This document shows, one piece after another, positions 36,401-46,899 of a stretch of 64,000 bases of DNA. The notes under the pieces were generated by a model. The model had not been told where the DNA came from and ran no database searches. It saw only the letters and a list, made by a program, of their open reading frames with translations. How positions within the stretch are numbered: position 1 is the stretch's first letter; every line of letters starts with the position of its first letter. The DNA comes from Klebsormidium nitens (taxonomy: Eukaryota; Plantae; Klebsormidiophyceae), in the NCBI GenBank assembly GCA_000708835.1, contig DF236951.1:456666-520665 (forward strand), given 5' to 3'. A program made the translations under genes and the position numbers.

Positions 36401-37918
36401 GAGGCGGGGAAGCCTTCGGCGGGCTCGCTTGAATTGGGGGGAGGTTGAGAGAGCGCTACCGTGAGAAAAGAGGGATCGCTCACAGGGGGAGGAGACTATG
36501 GTGGGGGCAACTTCTTCGACGGAGTTGGGGAAGCCGAAGAAGGCACTGGGCTTTGAAAGGGGGGAGGATTGGGCGGGGGGGTTTGAGGGACGAAAGGAGG
36601 AGGGTTAGCTTGAAGGGGGAGAGACTGAGACAGAACAGATATTGGAGGAGGGGATCCACTTCCGAGGAAAGAGTTGACCTTCGGAGGCGGGTTCGTGGGC
36701 AAACTTGGGGGCGAAAGGGAAGGCGCGGGACTGTTGGAGGGCGGGGGAGACTGGGGAAGGGGTGGCGGGTTGGCTTGAATTGAAGAAGGTTGAGAAAGCG
36801 GTAGCATGTTGAGTGTCGGAGCGGAAGAGGGCGAAGCGGATTGAGTTGGGGGGGTGGAGCTTATTTTAGGCGGCAGGTTGGTGTTAGGGGTGGGAGATGA
36901 GGCAAGTCCAAAAGTCGAAGGAGGGGAGCTATTTGAGGGAAGAGAAGTTGAGGGGGGGCTGTTGAGTTGAGTAGGGGGGGTGGGCAACATGGTAGGTGAT
37001 GTAGTAGGGGGGGTGGGCAATGTGGTAGGTGACGATAAGGGCACAGCCTCAGGCGGCGGGTTACCATTCAAAGGGGGAGAGCCGCTGGTGCTAGTAGGAA
37101 GGGGAGTGGGAGTAGTGCTCGCAGAAGGAGAGAGTCTCGTCGAAGGACTTGAGGGTACGGAAGATTGGAGCACTGGAGTTGGGGAGTTGGCTTGCAAAGG
37201 AGTTTGGGCTTGTCCGCTTTGGGGGGGTGGGGAGCCGCTTGAAGCTGTACTTGAGGGGGGGGTGTAGGAGGCTGGGGTGTTGTAGGCGCGGTTGTAAGGG
37301 GGGGAGGCGAAGGGGAGAGAAGGCTGGTCCCCGGGGGAGGGGAAATAGCGGGAGGGGTAGTCACCGGAGGGCCTTGCAGAGGTGGGGGGCTTCCTGTAAA
37401 AGCAGATTCACAAAATGCTTTGATGCACTGGCAACCAGAAGGTTTTCTTTGGGGTCACATGTAAGTTCTCTTCAGAGCGCAGATCTGCTTTCCAATAGAT
37501 GAGTCCTTACAATCCAGTCTTTTCACAAGAGTAACATGCATGACTGACACAACTCGAGTTAAGCTTGGGACTGCTTGTTGAGTTAGATCAACAGTTCTAA
37601 GTCGACATAGAAAAAGTGTCAATAGTCAAGGTCTGAAAAAGTGCTTGCAGCAAGTTGCAGCAAGTTCTCATAACCGCACTCATTAGTTGGCTTATCTATG
37701 ACTTAGTAGCTACATAGGGACCCCAGCACTAAAGTCATTGAACGCTTCACCTGGGCCATGATCAAACGTAGAAAATTCAAATTAGATTACTTGAACAGCC
37801 CCAGGCACTTCCAAGACAGGTGTCAACTTGCACGCTCACCTGTTGGTGGAACTTGAGCTGAGGCCAGGTTGAGCGAAGCGGCCAGGACGTATGCTCCCAG
37901 CAGCAGCCATACCCACAT
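24323..37918 (-). CDS. Secreted modular protein: extensin-like Pro-rich regions plus tandem 12-Cys (hevein-like + knottin-like) repeats; several exons disrupted, possibly partly pseudogenised or alternatively spliced
   Basis: 17 exons, all internal junctions phase 1. Signal-peptide exon, Pro-rich exons P1 and P2, 13 Cys-rich module exons of 198-218 nt and a terminal exon ending in TAG. No C-terminal TM or GPI signal. Confidence 0.8.
24876..25085 (-). CDS. Cys-rich module F2 (in frame, one Cys to Arg)
   Basis: VCTSTPVLANGTQVCQDCNYDFNGASCPAGKSMRCPLGDCAANTGDCNCRYASDCPTGFCCTEENSGNI; 210 nt. Confidence 0.9.
25633..25845 (-). CDS. Cys-rich module E2 (intact)
   Basis: VCTNTPVLTNGTQICPACYDFNGAACPASKPVCCDYGFGDCATSDGACKCQYNGDCRPGYCCTARGTGDF; 213 nt. 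Confidence 0.9.
26287..26496 (-). CDS. Cys-rich module D2c (intact)
   Basis: VCTNTPVLTNGTQVCPTCKYFNGAACPASKPVCCPGYGECAASKSACKCYWAADCPSGYCCTEEYSDKF; 210 nt. Confidence 0.9.
26998..27204 (-). CDS. Cys-rich module D2b (in frame, one Cys codon deleted)
   Basis: ..VCCPGYGE-AASKSACKC.. lacks the TGC present in D2c; 207 nt. Confidence 0.88.
27610..27822 (-). CDS. Cys-rich module D2a (intact)
   Basis: VCTNTPVLSNGTQVCPTCGDFNGAACPASKPVCCSSGFGECAASTSACKCKSPTDCPSGFCCTEEYSDNF; 213 nt. Confidence 0.9.
28445..28507 (+). pseudogene. Inverted, truncated copy of module C (acceptor plus first 52 nt)
   Basis: On the + strand: gccgttcgtag|GTACCTGTTACAACACGCCGATCCTCGCAAACGGCACACAGATCTGCCCGGA. Three mismatches in 63 nt versus C1 on the minus strand. 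It lies where C2 is expected. Confidence 0.9.
28697..28903 (-). CDS. Cys-rich module B2 (intact)
   Basis: KCTNNPFNSSGNQVCPDCNYWDVLTCPANKPACCALGQCVESAPSCPCSYAGDCPSKYCCSHEYDNTP; 207 nt. Confidence 0.9.
29445..29643 (-). pseudogene. Cys-rich module A2 (8-nt deletion)
   Basis: 199 nt versus 207 for A1. CACCCAGG is missing at 29610/29611. All 12 Cys codons and both splice sites are retained. Confidence 0.85.
30202..30819 (-). CDS. Exon P2: intact extensin-like Pro-rich exon with one leading Cys and a 4-Cys half module
   Basis: KCTNSPT..SPPP/NPPP/QPPP repeats..RCRSSSDCGVNKGCCTEQNSGKL; 618 nt; paralogous to P1. Confidence 0.88.
31218..31415 (-). CDS. Cys-rich module F1 (in frame, 4-codon deletion, CC to FC)
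   Basis: VCTNTPVLANGTQVCHDCIYTSCPAGKSMCCPLGDCAANTSGCNCRYASDCPPSFFCTEENSGNI; 198 nt. Confidence 0.9.
31950..32167 (-). pseudogene. Cys-rich module E1 (1-nt deletion)
   Basis: 218 nt. C5 run at 31987-31991 where paralog E2 has 6 nt (CGCCCC). Both splice sites intact. Confidence 0.8.
32674..32889 (-). CDS. Cys-rich module D1 (in frame, one Cys to Phe)
   Basis: KCTQSPVDPGTGAQICPFCTDLNGAACPASKPVCCSAYGECAAPSKSAFKCYSASDCPSGSCCTEEQSGNF; 216 nt. Confidence 0.9.
33529..33738 (-). CDS. Cys-rich module C1 (intact)
   Basis: SCYNMPILANGTQICPDCKDLNGLKCPTSKPTCCPLLGDCAKSPTDCGCKYAFDCPSGYCCTEEGSGQL; 210 nt. Confidence 0.9.
34434..34640 (-). CDS. Cys-rich module B1 (intact)
   Basis: KCTNAPFDSSGKQVCPNCNYWDVLSCPANKPACCATGHCVESAPSCPCSYAGDCPSNYCCSSESDNML; 207 nt. 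Confidence 0.9.
35186..35392 (-). CDS. Cys-rich module A1 (intact, 12 Cys)
   Basis: YCSSTGFFSNGTQECPNCNAFNGLSCPASKKVCCPSGLCAANNAGCTCQYSGECPYGLCCTEEYSGKI; 207 nt, AG/GT. Confidence 0.9.
   Translation of the reverse strand, partial: DTARARASSATAPRSARTAMPSTGSAARPARKCAVQAGSARQTTRAAPVNILANAHTACAARKSIPAK
36035..37393 (-). pseudogene. Exon P1: Pro/Ser/Thr-rich extensin-like exon ending in a 4-Cys half module; disrupted as assembled
   Basis: Acceptor ttttacag, donor G|GTAAGC, 1,359 nt. Needs +1 nt in a C-run at ~37255-37305, has an in-frame TAG at 36496-36498 and one extra C at ~36436-36441. Ends RCRSTADCPVGKGCCTEQGSDKVG. Confidence 0.75.
37840..37918 (-). CDS. Exon 1: signal peptide MWVWLLLGAYVLAASLNLASA-QVPPT
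   Basis: ATG at 37918, hydrophobic core and an A-S-A cleavage-type site. Donor G|GTGAGC gives phase 1 (79 nt). Too short for the ORF track. Confidence 0.8.
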
Positions 37919-38261
37919 GGAAAGGGGCGCCATTACGGGGGAGCCTATGTACAAGGAGCAACCAGCTTGTCAGAATCATCTTCGAAAGTCTCCAAGGACT
38001 GAATTTTTCAATGTGGGCCGGTCAGCGACGATTTAAAGACGATCAGCTTTATTCATATAATGCACGCCTCCGTTCTACTTCCACTCAAGCGCTGAGACAA
38101 AAGTGGATTTGCCTTCATAAGTGGAGGAACCTCCAAGACCAGCAGATGAAGTCATGGATTGAGAGCGCCTTCGATTGAGACAATGCAGTTTTATTGCAGT
38201 AGACTTTCGAAACCTGAAAGGCAAGACTTCTACGGAAAGCGTTCCTCAGTGTAAGAATGAA

Positions 38262-38786
38262 TTACCAAACCACCAAATCAAAGCAGACCAAATCAGGTGC
38301 TGATGTCAAAAACACTGTCGTCGCTATAAACATAAGTCTTGGACTGCAAAAGTGTTTGGCTCTAATTTGTGCGGTCAGTCCGCTGCCAGAAGGAAAGCTC
38401 GGTTCAGCAACTGTCATGTGCAACAGGTATGAAGAACATGCCGTGAATAGAACCCACAATAATTGCTTTCATTGGGAGCAGTCCACAAGCTAGTAGGACT
38501 TACAGACTAAGCGGCAAGCAAAGCGATCTGATCTTTTGCAGTGTTCTTTATGAGCCCAAAGCTGTAAACCTCCGCTTGCAGTGAAAGTACTTTCTGCAGG
38601 ACAGCGGCAGGTGTCATCAATGCAGCTCACCAATTGGGATTGAAAGGTGTGGATTAACAGGCCTTCGCCAGGTTGATTGTGGCCTTGACAGGGAACCTTG
38701 GGGGATAACCGACACCAAGTACACACGCGCTTAGATTGTTGGAACCTGCAAAAATGTGGGGCAGAACAGACTTTTGACTCGAGCAC
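38262..38786 (-). pseudogene. Possible decayed C2H2-like zinc-finger fragment
   Basis: One frame with two stops contains CRCPAESTFTASGGLQLWAHKEH and SFPSGSGLTAQIRAKH. The resemblance is weak. Confidence 0.2.
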
Positions 38787-41700
38787 TCAGTAACATGGAG
38801 CTAAGATGCCTTAACACACAACTTGGGGCAATCAATGCTGAAGAGCCTTGGAACTTTCAAGGCAGCTCATAACTACCCAATCCTACACAACTGGACAGCG
38901 TTGCGGCAATGATCTAATCCGATCCTGCCACCGGCCAAGACAGTTGAACCCGTTTTTTGGCTGAATCTGTAACGCTGCGTACAATGCTGTACTATGAGCG
39001 AGCCACTATAAGGGCCAAGAGGAAGAATCAGACGATGAGATAGACATGTTGGCGCCAGATGCAATGGGACCATAACTCGCTGAATGATGATGTTAATGGG
39101 CATTGATCAGCAATTCCGTTTTCTCTTTTTCAAACGCAAATGGTAAAGAAAAGAATATCAGAATGAAGACAATCTAAGTGACGCGGATCAGAGATTGAAC
39201 CAGGCAATATGACACTTCAGTAGCATCGCGTGCGACATCCAAGAATCCTGAGGCATGCAAAGAGCAGGCCACATTGGAAGAACATACCTGACAATGCTCA
39301 GTGGAAGGTCCTCCAAACTTTTCCTCCCAGGACAAAGATAGCCACGAAGTTCAGAGCTGAATTGAACTGCCTTCAAGGTTGTCAACTTGTTGCCCAGGCT
39401 CGGCATTCAATGGGTGCCCGCTCTTCTCCAAGCTTCCTTCATCAGATACTGACTCTCTGAGGTTGATGTGTTCTACAACCACCAGCCCAATCACAACTGG
39501 CACCTAATTCAGCAAAGTTTTGGAATCGAGACACCCGCCCGGCGTCTCCGATGGCTGCAATCAATTACACTAGTGTAACCGTGGCTTCAGCAAGCATTGG
39601 GTTTCAGCACGCACGCAGTTGGATACCGTCCAAACCTTTGAAGATCACCAGAGAGGTAGTGTTTCTCTTCTCCACAAGAAAAACTTGTGACGCTGGTGCT
39701 GGGTGCCCTTGAAAAGCAAGGCATGGCTGATCAGATCGACGCGAGGCCGAGCAGGCCACAGCGACGCCCTTATCAGAGTGGCATTGGCAACCCGACATAT
39801 AGAACCACAGTCCCGAGCCACACGGTCACTTTACAAACAAACAACTGGATGGTGGCAATCCCGCATTTGGTCTGAGATTGTGATTCGGTCGAAGGAGAAG
39901 AAACCTTTCCAGAGCCGGCGGTGTACGGTCGCTTCGCTTCGTCGTTTGATGCCTTTGCCTGACAAGCGCGCTTCTGGCCCAGTGGACAAATTTGGAGGCT
40001 GGAAGGCGGATCTGGATTCTACAGCTAGACACCCCTTGTGATCAGTGTGACGACGCTGATCGAATTCTTAATGCACAAACAAAGGCGCCAAGTGGCAAAC
40101 GCGCGACACACCGGACCCACAGCCCCTGTCAGATCTGAGCTTTATGCCAGTACTGATGACGTAGTAGGTACTACGGCTGGAATGTGCTCAAATCCCGGCC
40201 ATACTCCCCTCAAGCCACGATATCGTGACCGTACAGGGGGTATGGATCAGCCAGTACTGGAACTGGAGTAGTACGCTTTACTAATTAGTGCATACGGCAA
40301 CGTTCGTACCTCTGACAAGACAATTTCAGGCTGTGCTACTCTACTCTGCAGGGCTTTGAAGTTTGCGGCCGTCAAAGTTGGCCGTCCGGCGCCGAGAAGG
40401 GCCGCGGAAGTCGGCATCGCAACCGTACCCCCGTCCTTTAATGCGGCAGCTTCAAGTTATAACTTATGCGACGACTTTTCCCGCTTTTTACGGGCTGTTT
40501 GTGTCAACGACATCCACGTGGCAAGCGCTAAAGGGTCGGACCGAATCCGGATTACGAAGTCGATATCGATGATGCGTGCCCGGCCTCAACCCCGGTTCCC
40601 AGAGATACGGAGGAGTTCGGAACTTCGGACTAGCTGACGACATTTGGTATGTTGTCAGTCTGGCAAGAGGGTGTACTGGCACTTAACTGGCACGGACGCT
40701 AAGCACTGGGTTCCGAGCCTTGGTTAAGCACTGGTTGACCATCTTAGGTACTGTCAACCAGGTGAAAGCTGGGTAAGAGCCCAAACCAAGATAGTTTGCA
40801 GGCGATAGTTGGTGTCCTATCCCTTACTGCTCTCAGGAGCCCCTGACCTTGGTTGACGTCAATCAAGAACGATTGATCGTCAACTGGAGCAGCTTTGGCT
40901 GTCATAATCCTCAAGTAGAGCACTTTGACCACCAATCAAGGTAAATTATGCGGTCATTGCGCTTAACTGTGGAGAGGCTAGCGCCTGCCTGCTAGAGCAG
41001 ACGTACACGTCTTATGTAATAGTGGGCGTGTCACCTCAAAAGTACACGCTAAGACAAGCTTGCTTGTTTCCCAGAAGACAAAGCAATTAGCTTCCAGGAA
41101 GTCTCAATAACCTCAGCACGAAGCTTTGCAAGCACGCCAGATCATTCGATTCCACCACCTGAGCAACACGAGGAACTTTCACGCGGGAATTCACAAAGAA
41201 AGGAATACCTTGCCAGTCAGGGCATTGACCCTGCTTCGACTGGCTGACGTACTGCAGCAGCCAGAGCCCAATGCTGTCATGCCCGATGACATCGAGTGTG
41301 TTTTGCATCGAGTGCGCTGCGCCCCCGCGCGCGCGACCTGAATCTTCCGGCCCAAGCGCGGTTCAAGCCGCCGCGGCCCTTGTCCATCATGCGCGCTCTG
41401 AAGCGCCCTTAGCATGTACCGTGCATCTCTAATAACGTCACGGCTCCTAGCGCCGCTGATATTGGCCGGTCAACGGCCTCGATTGCAAGTCTAGCACACG
41501 GTACGCACCGGTTCCTACCGGGTTGTGCCGAATCTTGCTAATATCTAGATACGATATCTATGCATAATAACCGTTGATGCCGCATCTGACGGCTCACGAC
41601 TGGCAGCGCCTAGACATATGCGCGCCAGCATGTCGCCACGGCCCTTGCGGCCACACGGCGTTCCTTGCAGGTCTTTCGTAGTTGTAGCCTTCTTAGTAGA

Positions 41701-43005
41701 ACCCAGTGTTAGCGTTACGCTTCCTCTTCTTCCATGACATTCGACGACTTCTAGTTCGATAGCTTTGGATCGGTCCCCCGAGACCTCAGCGACGTTACGG
41801 CACTTTCCATACAGTATATAGCTTTTAGACTCAGTTCGTAGATAGCGTTACGTTTCACCAGTGACTTTCGTATAGCTCGTAGACTTTCAGGACTTTCTGA
41901 TTCCTCTCGCCATTCTTTGTGCGAGTGGTCGCACCATATGGACCACTTCGCCAGGCGCTTTCCTGCATAGCCAGCCAGCCTTTTTCATGGCTTCCGGTTC
42001 AGCAACCAGTCCGCGGCCACTTAGCACAGCAGAATCTTAATGTCCATTGCCTCCACGTCCCGTGCCCAGCCGAGAGCTTGCACATGTGCCGACGTCGCAA
42101 GCTCGCATGACTCGCACAAAGAATCGGGTGCGAGGTGGAGAGAGGACACCAACATGAGTGTGCGGAGTGCGCACAGGGCAGGCTGGCCTTCAAGGCCACC
42201 AAGGGCTCAGAGTCCCTCTGTTTTTACTGCATGCAGATTTGCTTCTGATGCATTTTCTGCACAGCCTGTGTTGCCTTCCATTTGCGCATAAATTGCTTGC
42301 GAGTTTGGTTGTGCGTTGTTCCTTAGGATGAGAGAGCGCTGCCTGCAGATACGCGCCATGTCAGCGCAGGGGTAGAGCACCCGCCAGCAGAGGCTCCACT
42401 GCACAGCCTGAAGGCTGCAGTTTCGTGCATCGGGCGCTCTCTTGATCAGAAAGCCCCGTCGCATTGCATTGATTCATGGTTCAAGTGCTTTTGAGCTTTT
42501 TGCTGAAGCCTGTTCCTTTGAGTTCTTGCAGGAGGCTGCGGCGCCAGCGCTGCGCCTGCATCGCCTCCAGAACAGTGCACTGCGCCAGTACCAACTTCAG
42601 CGTCAGCGCCAGCGCCAGCCGGCCAGTCAATATCTGGGCCAGCCAGCTCTGTGCCATCCCCGCCAACGCTAGCTTCAGCGACAGTCAGAGTCAGCCACCA
42701 GCGCCTGCAGCAACCTCGCCAGGCTGCTCAGTGTGCTCGACGCTCCTCCAGTTCTGGACAACCTGGTCTCTGCTTCAGGTCTGCTTCAGGTTTGTCGCCT
42801 TTTTGTTTGGCTGACGTGTGTTTAGTAGGCATGCATCTGCAAAGCGTTTGCCTTGGAATGCTCTGCAGGTAAGTGACCCCCCTTGCGCACATTCCCAGGC
42901 GGGTGTGGCTTGGGGCGTGGTTGCATGCCAAATCGCCCGGCCCCACGTGAGGCGTAGGCGTCAGGTTGCGCGACCTTTGTGTCCTGGTGCACCTGCCGGT
43001 TGCGT

Positions 43006-43137
43006 GGTTCATCCACTGCAACCCGTTTAGTTGCCTGGTTCATCCGGTGCAACTCTTCGCGCGGTTCATCCGCTGCGAGCCTGATTCAGTTGCCTGGTTC
43101 ATCCGGTGCAACTCTGCGCGTGGTTCATCCACTGCGA
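43006..43137. repeat. Minisatellite: five copies of core ggttcatccRStgcRa
   Basis: Cores start at 43006, 43037, 43063, 43096 and 43122 (spacing 31/26/33/26, i.e. a ~58-bp dimer). Confidence 0.85.
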
Positions 43138-43592
43138 CTTTTCGTCTGGACCGCTTCGGCTTGTGTCCTCGCCTGCGCCCTTATGACGGTTGCTACGCCA
43201 TGCTGTGCGCGCACATCTTTGTGCTGCTGCCGCTCTGTGTTCGCACTTTTGCGACCGCCCACTGATTGTGGTGCTCTTGTTTGCGCAGGGCGCCCTGCCA
43301 GGAAGGCCTTGCTACCAAGCTGAAGATGGCGGCCGTCACAACCACCAAGGAGAGATCGCTCAAAACACTGACGGCCTAGGAACCTTCTCAACTCCTAGGG
43401 CTAATGCTACAAGTGCTTTTTAGCACTTCTGCCCGAATGTTATTTGTCAGTAGCAACCTGCGAGTTCCAACATGGTCCACCAAGAACTTTCAAGTTGTTC
43501 GCTCGCTCATGCCATATTTGCGAAATTATCTAGCAATATTCTGGCCCTTCGGCCTACATACCGATAATGCAAAGCAAAGTTGGCATGCCATG

Positions 43593-44353
43593 GGCACACC
43601 CTTAAATGGGNNNNNNNNNNNNNNNNNNNNNNNNNNNNNNNNNNNNNNNNNNNNNNNNNNNNNNNNNNNNNNNNNNNNNNNNNNNNNNNNNNNNNNNNNN
43701 NNNNNNNNNNNNNNNNNNNNNNNNNNNNNNNNNNNNNNNNNNNNNNNNNNNNNNNNNNNNNNNNNNNNNNNNNNNNNNNNNNNNNNNNNNNNNNNNNNNN
43801 NNNNNNNNNNNNNNNNNNNNNNNNNNNNNNNNNNNNNNNNNNNNNNNNNNNNNNNNNNNNNNNNNNNNNNNNNNNNNNNNNNNNNNNNNNNNNNNNNNNN
43901 NNNNNNNNNNNNNNNNNNNNNNNNNNNNNNNNNNNNNNNNNNNNNNNNNNNNNNNNNNNNNNNNNNNNNNNNNNNNNNNNNNNNNNNNNNNNNNNNNNNN
44001 NNNNNNNNNNNNNNNNNNNNNNNNNNNNNNNNNNNNNNNNNNNNNNNNNNNNNNNNNNNNNNNNNNNNNNNNNNNNNNNNNNNNNNNNNNNNNNNNNNNN
44101 NNNNNNNNNNNNNNNNNNNNNNNNNNNNNNNNNNNNNNNNNNNNNNNNNNNNNNNNNNNNNNNNNNNNNNNNNNNNNNNNNNNNNNNNNNNNNNNNNNNN
44201 NNNNNNNNNNNNNNNNNNNACAGCCCTCGGTTTGCATTGAATGGATCGGCACACCCTTCAATGGGATAGCCGCGTGATTGTCGAAATGGATCGGCACACC
44301 CTTCAATGGGATAGCCGCGGAATGATCGGCACACCCTTCAATGGGATAGCCGC
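43593..44353. repeat. Minisatellite with a 30-bp core, flanking and probably filling an assembly gap
   Basis: gatcggcacacccttcaatgggatagccgc at 44244-44273, 44289-44318 and 44324-44353. A partial unit (ggcacacccttaaatggg) at 43593-43610 abuts the other side of the gap. Confidence 0.85.
43611..44219. other. Assembly gap (N run)
   Basis: Run of N. Confidence 1.
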
Positions 44354-44504
44354 AGGACAAAGCGGGCCATGCAAGTGCGCATGTTCCGCTTACTATATGT
44401 CCCTCGGTTGCATGGATACAGCCGGGAAGCCTCAGCGCTCCCTCTAATAGGGGGGTTGGGAAGCCTCAGCATACTGCGGTCACTGCTGGGATGCCTCGGT
44501 CTTC

Positions 44505-45563
44505 TCGGGCAGGGACTGGGATGCCTCAACCTATTCTAAGTGACAGGTTGGGAGAGGGCCTGCTAGTTCAGGCAAGGTTGTCGCACTGTTTGATTTTATG
44601 GCCGGGGACGGCCATCGTCTCATCTTTGAGGGGGGGGAGAGGCCCCATGATGCGCTATAATACATTGTCCGGCTGAGCAAGTTGCGTAATCGCATGTGAC
44701 GTTCATAATGGACGGCCTACTTTTCAATTTTGTGACGCTTGATCAGAGACCTCGACTCAATCGGGGCTCGACTCAGACACGCATGACANNNNNNNNNNNN
44801 NNNNNNNNNNNNNNNNNNNNNNNNNNNNNNNNNNNNNNNNNNNNNNNNNNNNNNNNNNNNNNNNNNNNNNNNNNNNNNNNNNNNNNNNNNNNNNNNNNNN
44901 NNNNNNNNNNNNNNNNNNNNNNNNNNNNNNNNNNNNNNNNNNNNNNNNNNNNNNNNNNNNNNNNNNNNNNNNNNNNNNNNNNNNNNNNNNNNNNNNNNNN
45001 NNNNNNNNNNNNNNNNNNNNNNNNNNNNNNNNNNNNNNNNNNNNNNNNNNNNNNNNNNNNNNNNNNNNNNNNNNNNNNNNNNNNNNNNNNNNNNNNNNNN
45101 NNNNNNNNNNNNNNNNNNNNNNNNNNNNNNNNNNNNNNNNNNNNNNNNNNNNNNNNNNNNNNNNNNNNNNNNNNNNNNNNNNNNNNNNNNNNNNNNNNNN
45201 NNNNNNNNNNNNNNNNNNNNNNNNNNNNNNNNNNNNNNNNNNNNNNNNNNNNNNNNNNNNNNNNNNNNNNNNNNNNNNNTCGGGCAGGGACTGGGATGCC
45301 TCAACCTATTCTAAGTGACAGGTTGGGAGAGGGCCTGCTAGTTCAGGCAAGGTTGTCGCACTGCTTGATTTTATGGCCGGGGACGGCCATCGTCTCATCT
45401 TTGAGGGGGGGGAGAGGCCCCATGATGCGCTATAATACATTGTCCGGCTGAGCAAGTTGCGTAATCGCATGTGACGTTCATAATGGACGGCCTACTTTTC
45501 AATTTTGTGACGCTTTGTCAGAGACCTCGTCTCAATCGGGGCTCGACTCAGACACGCATGACA
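44505..45563. repeat. 284-bp direct repeat on both sides of an assembly gap
   Basis: 44505-44788 versus 45280-45563, 4 mismatches counted. Confidence 0.9.
44789..45279. other. Assembly gap (N run)
   Basis: Run of N. Confidence 1.
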
Positions 45564-46899
45564 TAATATTATACACATGAGATTATGCATGCAACTCCCA
45601 AGGGGGAGCAGGAATGAGACATGTAGTCTCGGGATTCCACCAAAGGTGTAACCTTTACACCACCTTCTCTCCGAGAAGTTTATCACCAGGCGCCTTCGCG
45701 CCTGGTTCTTACTCACCAGGAGTAAGAACGTTTCATGAGCGGTCAACGAGTACCAAGTAAAGAGGTGTGTTTTTCCACAAGAACGTCATCTTACTGCTTC
45801 AATAAACGTCCTGCCTGAGCGCTAGCTAGGTCACCTAAGCTGCATTCTATGTAATATGTACAACCTGCAAAAGAATGAAAATCAGAGTGTTAGCTTCGAG
45901 CCGAGCCAAAAGGTTCGCATGTAGATGAAGTTCGACGCACTTCTGCTCTTGCCAGTGCGCTCAGATTCTATGTGTCTTTGCCGTGCGTGAAAGGTGAAGG
46001 ACGTTTTTCAGAGTTCCGATCAGACATTTGTTGCTTTTGTTTTCCCTTCTGGACCTTCCTAATTTCAGGTTCAGGCTAAAGAAAGGGGCTGAGGGACGCA
46101 GAACGGAAGTGCAAAAACGGAAGCGTCTGTTCTTTAACATGGGCTTTCCGAGATAAACGAACTCGATCGGCTACTATACTGGAGAAAAGATTACTCACGT
46201 TACTGCAGAAGATTTGTCCGTCGAGCTTTCGTGTGCCTCCGTGAGGATCTGCAGATCCAAATTCCACGCTGACGTACGTACACCATCTTTGGCAAGTTCT
46301 GCAAAATAGACAAGAGAGAGCCGGAGTCGATTAGGTTTATCGATGCACACGGGGAAATCAAGAGCAGTCCGTCCGCGAGTTAATCGTATATTTCTGCCTT
46401 ACTTTTCAAAGGCCGCGTCGCTTAGTCGCGTGTGTGAGAAAAATGCTGCTTCTACTGTAACTAGAGGTGGGAGAGAAGCTCGAATGATGTCGGATGCTTT
46501 AAAGTCTCTCAGGGCTACGGGATAAGAAAAGACTTGTTCGAAACACGCTAACGGGGCCCCCAATCGAAGGGCCATTCTTTTGGCAGTGGAGAAGCTCCTT
46601 CGTCTACCTTTGAGTGCTGACGTGGCAAGCTGCAGTTGGTCAGTCGCGTGCTGACGTGGCCAGTTGCAATTGGTCGGCGACTGACTTCCAAATCCGATTC
46701 TGTTCCATCCGCTCCGGTTCCGTGTCAAGAAACGTTGAGTGCTCAACCCGAGTTACGTCGTCCAGTCGTGCGTCTGAAGGCAACATGTCGGGACGAAGAA
46801 GCGGGATCGTTTCTCACCTGGCCGGAACTCGAACCGCCGTCGAACAGCCGTCCGGTGGGCAACTAGCGCAGCGCGGCGGGGAAGACACTCTGCCGGATT

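Noticed and set aside
42250-42300. LCANGRQHRLCRKC, resembling CxHGRxxxxCxxC repeats of giant-virus proteins
   Set aside because: Single degenerate copy in a frame with stops; insufficient to claim viral origin.
44244-44353. CRISPR-like repeat-spacer pattern
   Set aside because: Spacers are only 5-15 nt, there are no cas genes, and the context is eukaryotic. Treated as a minisatellite.
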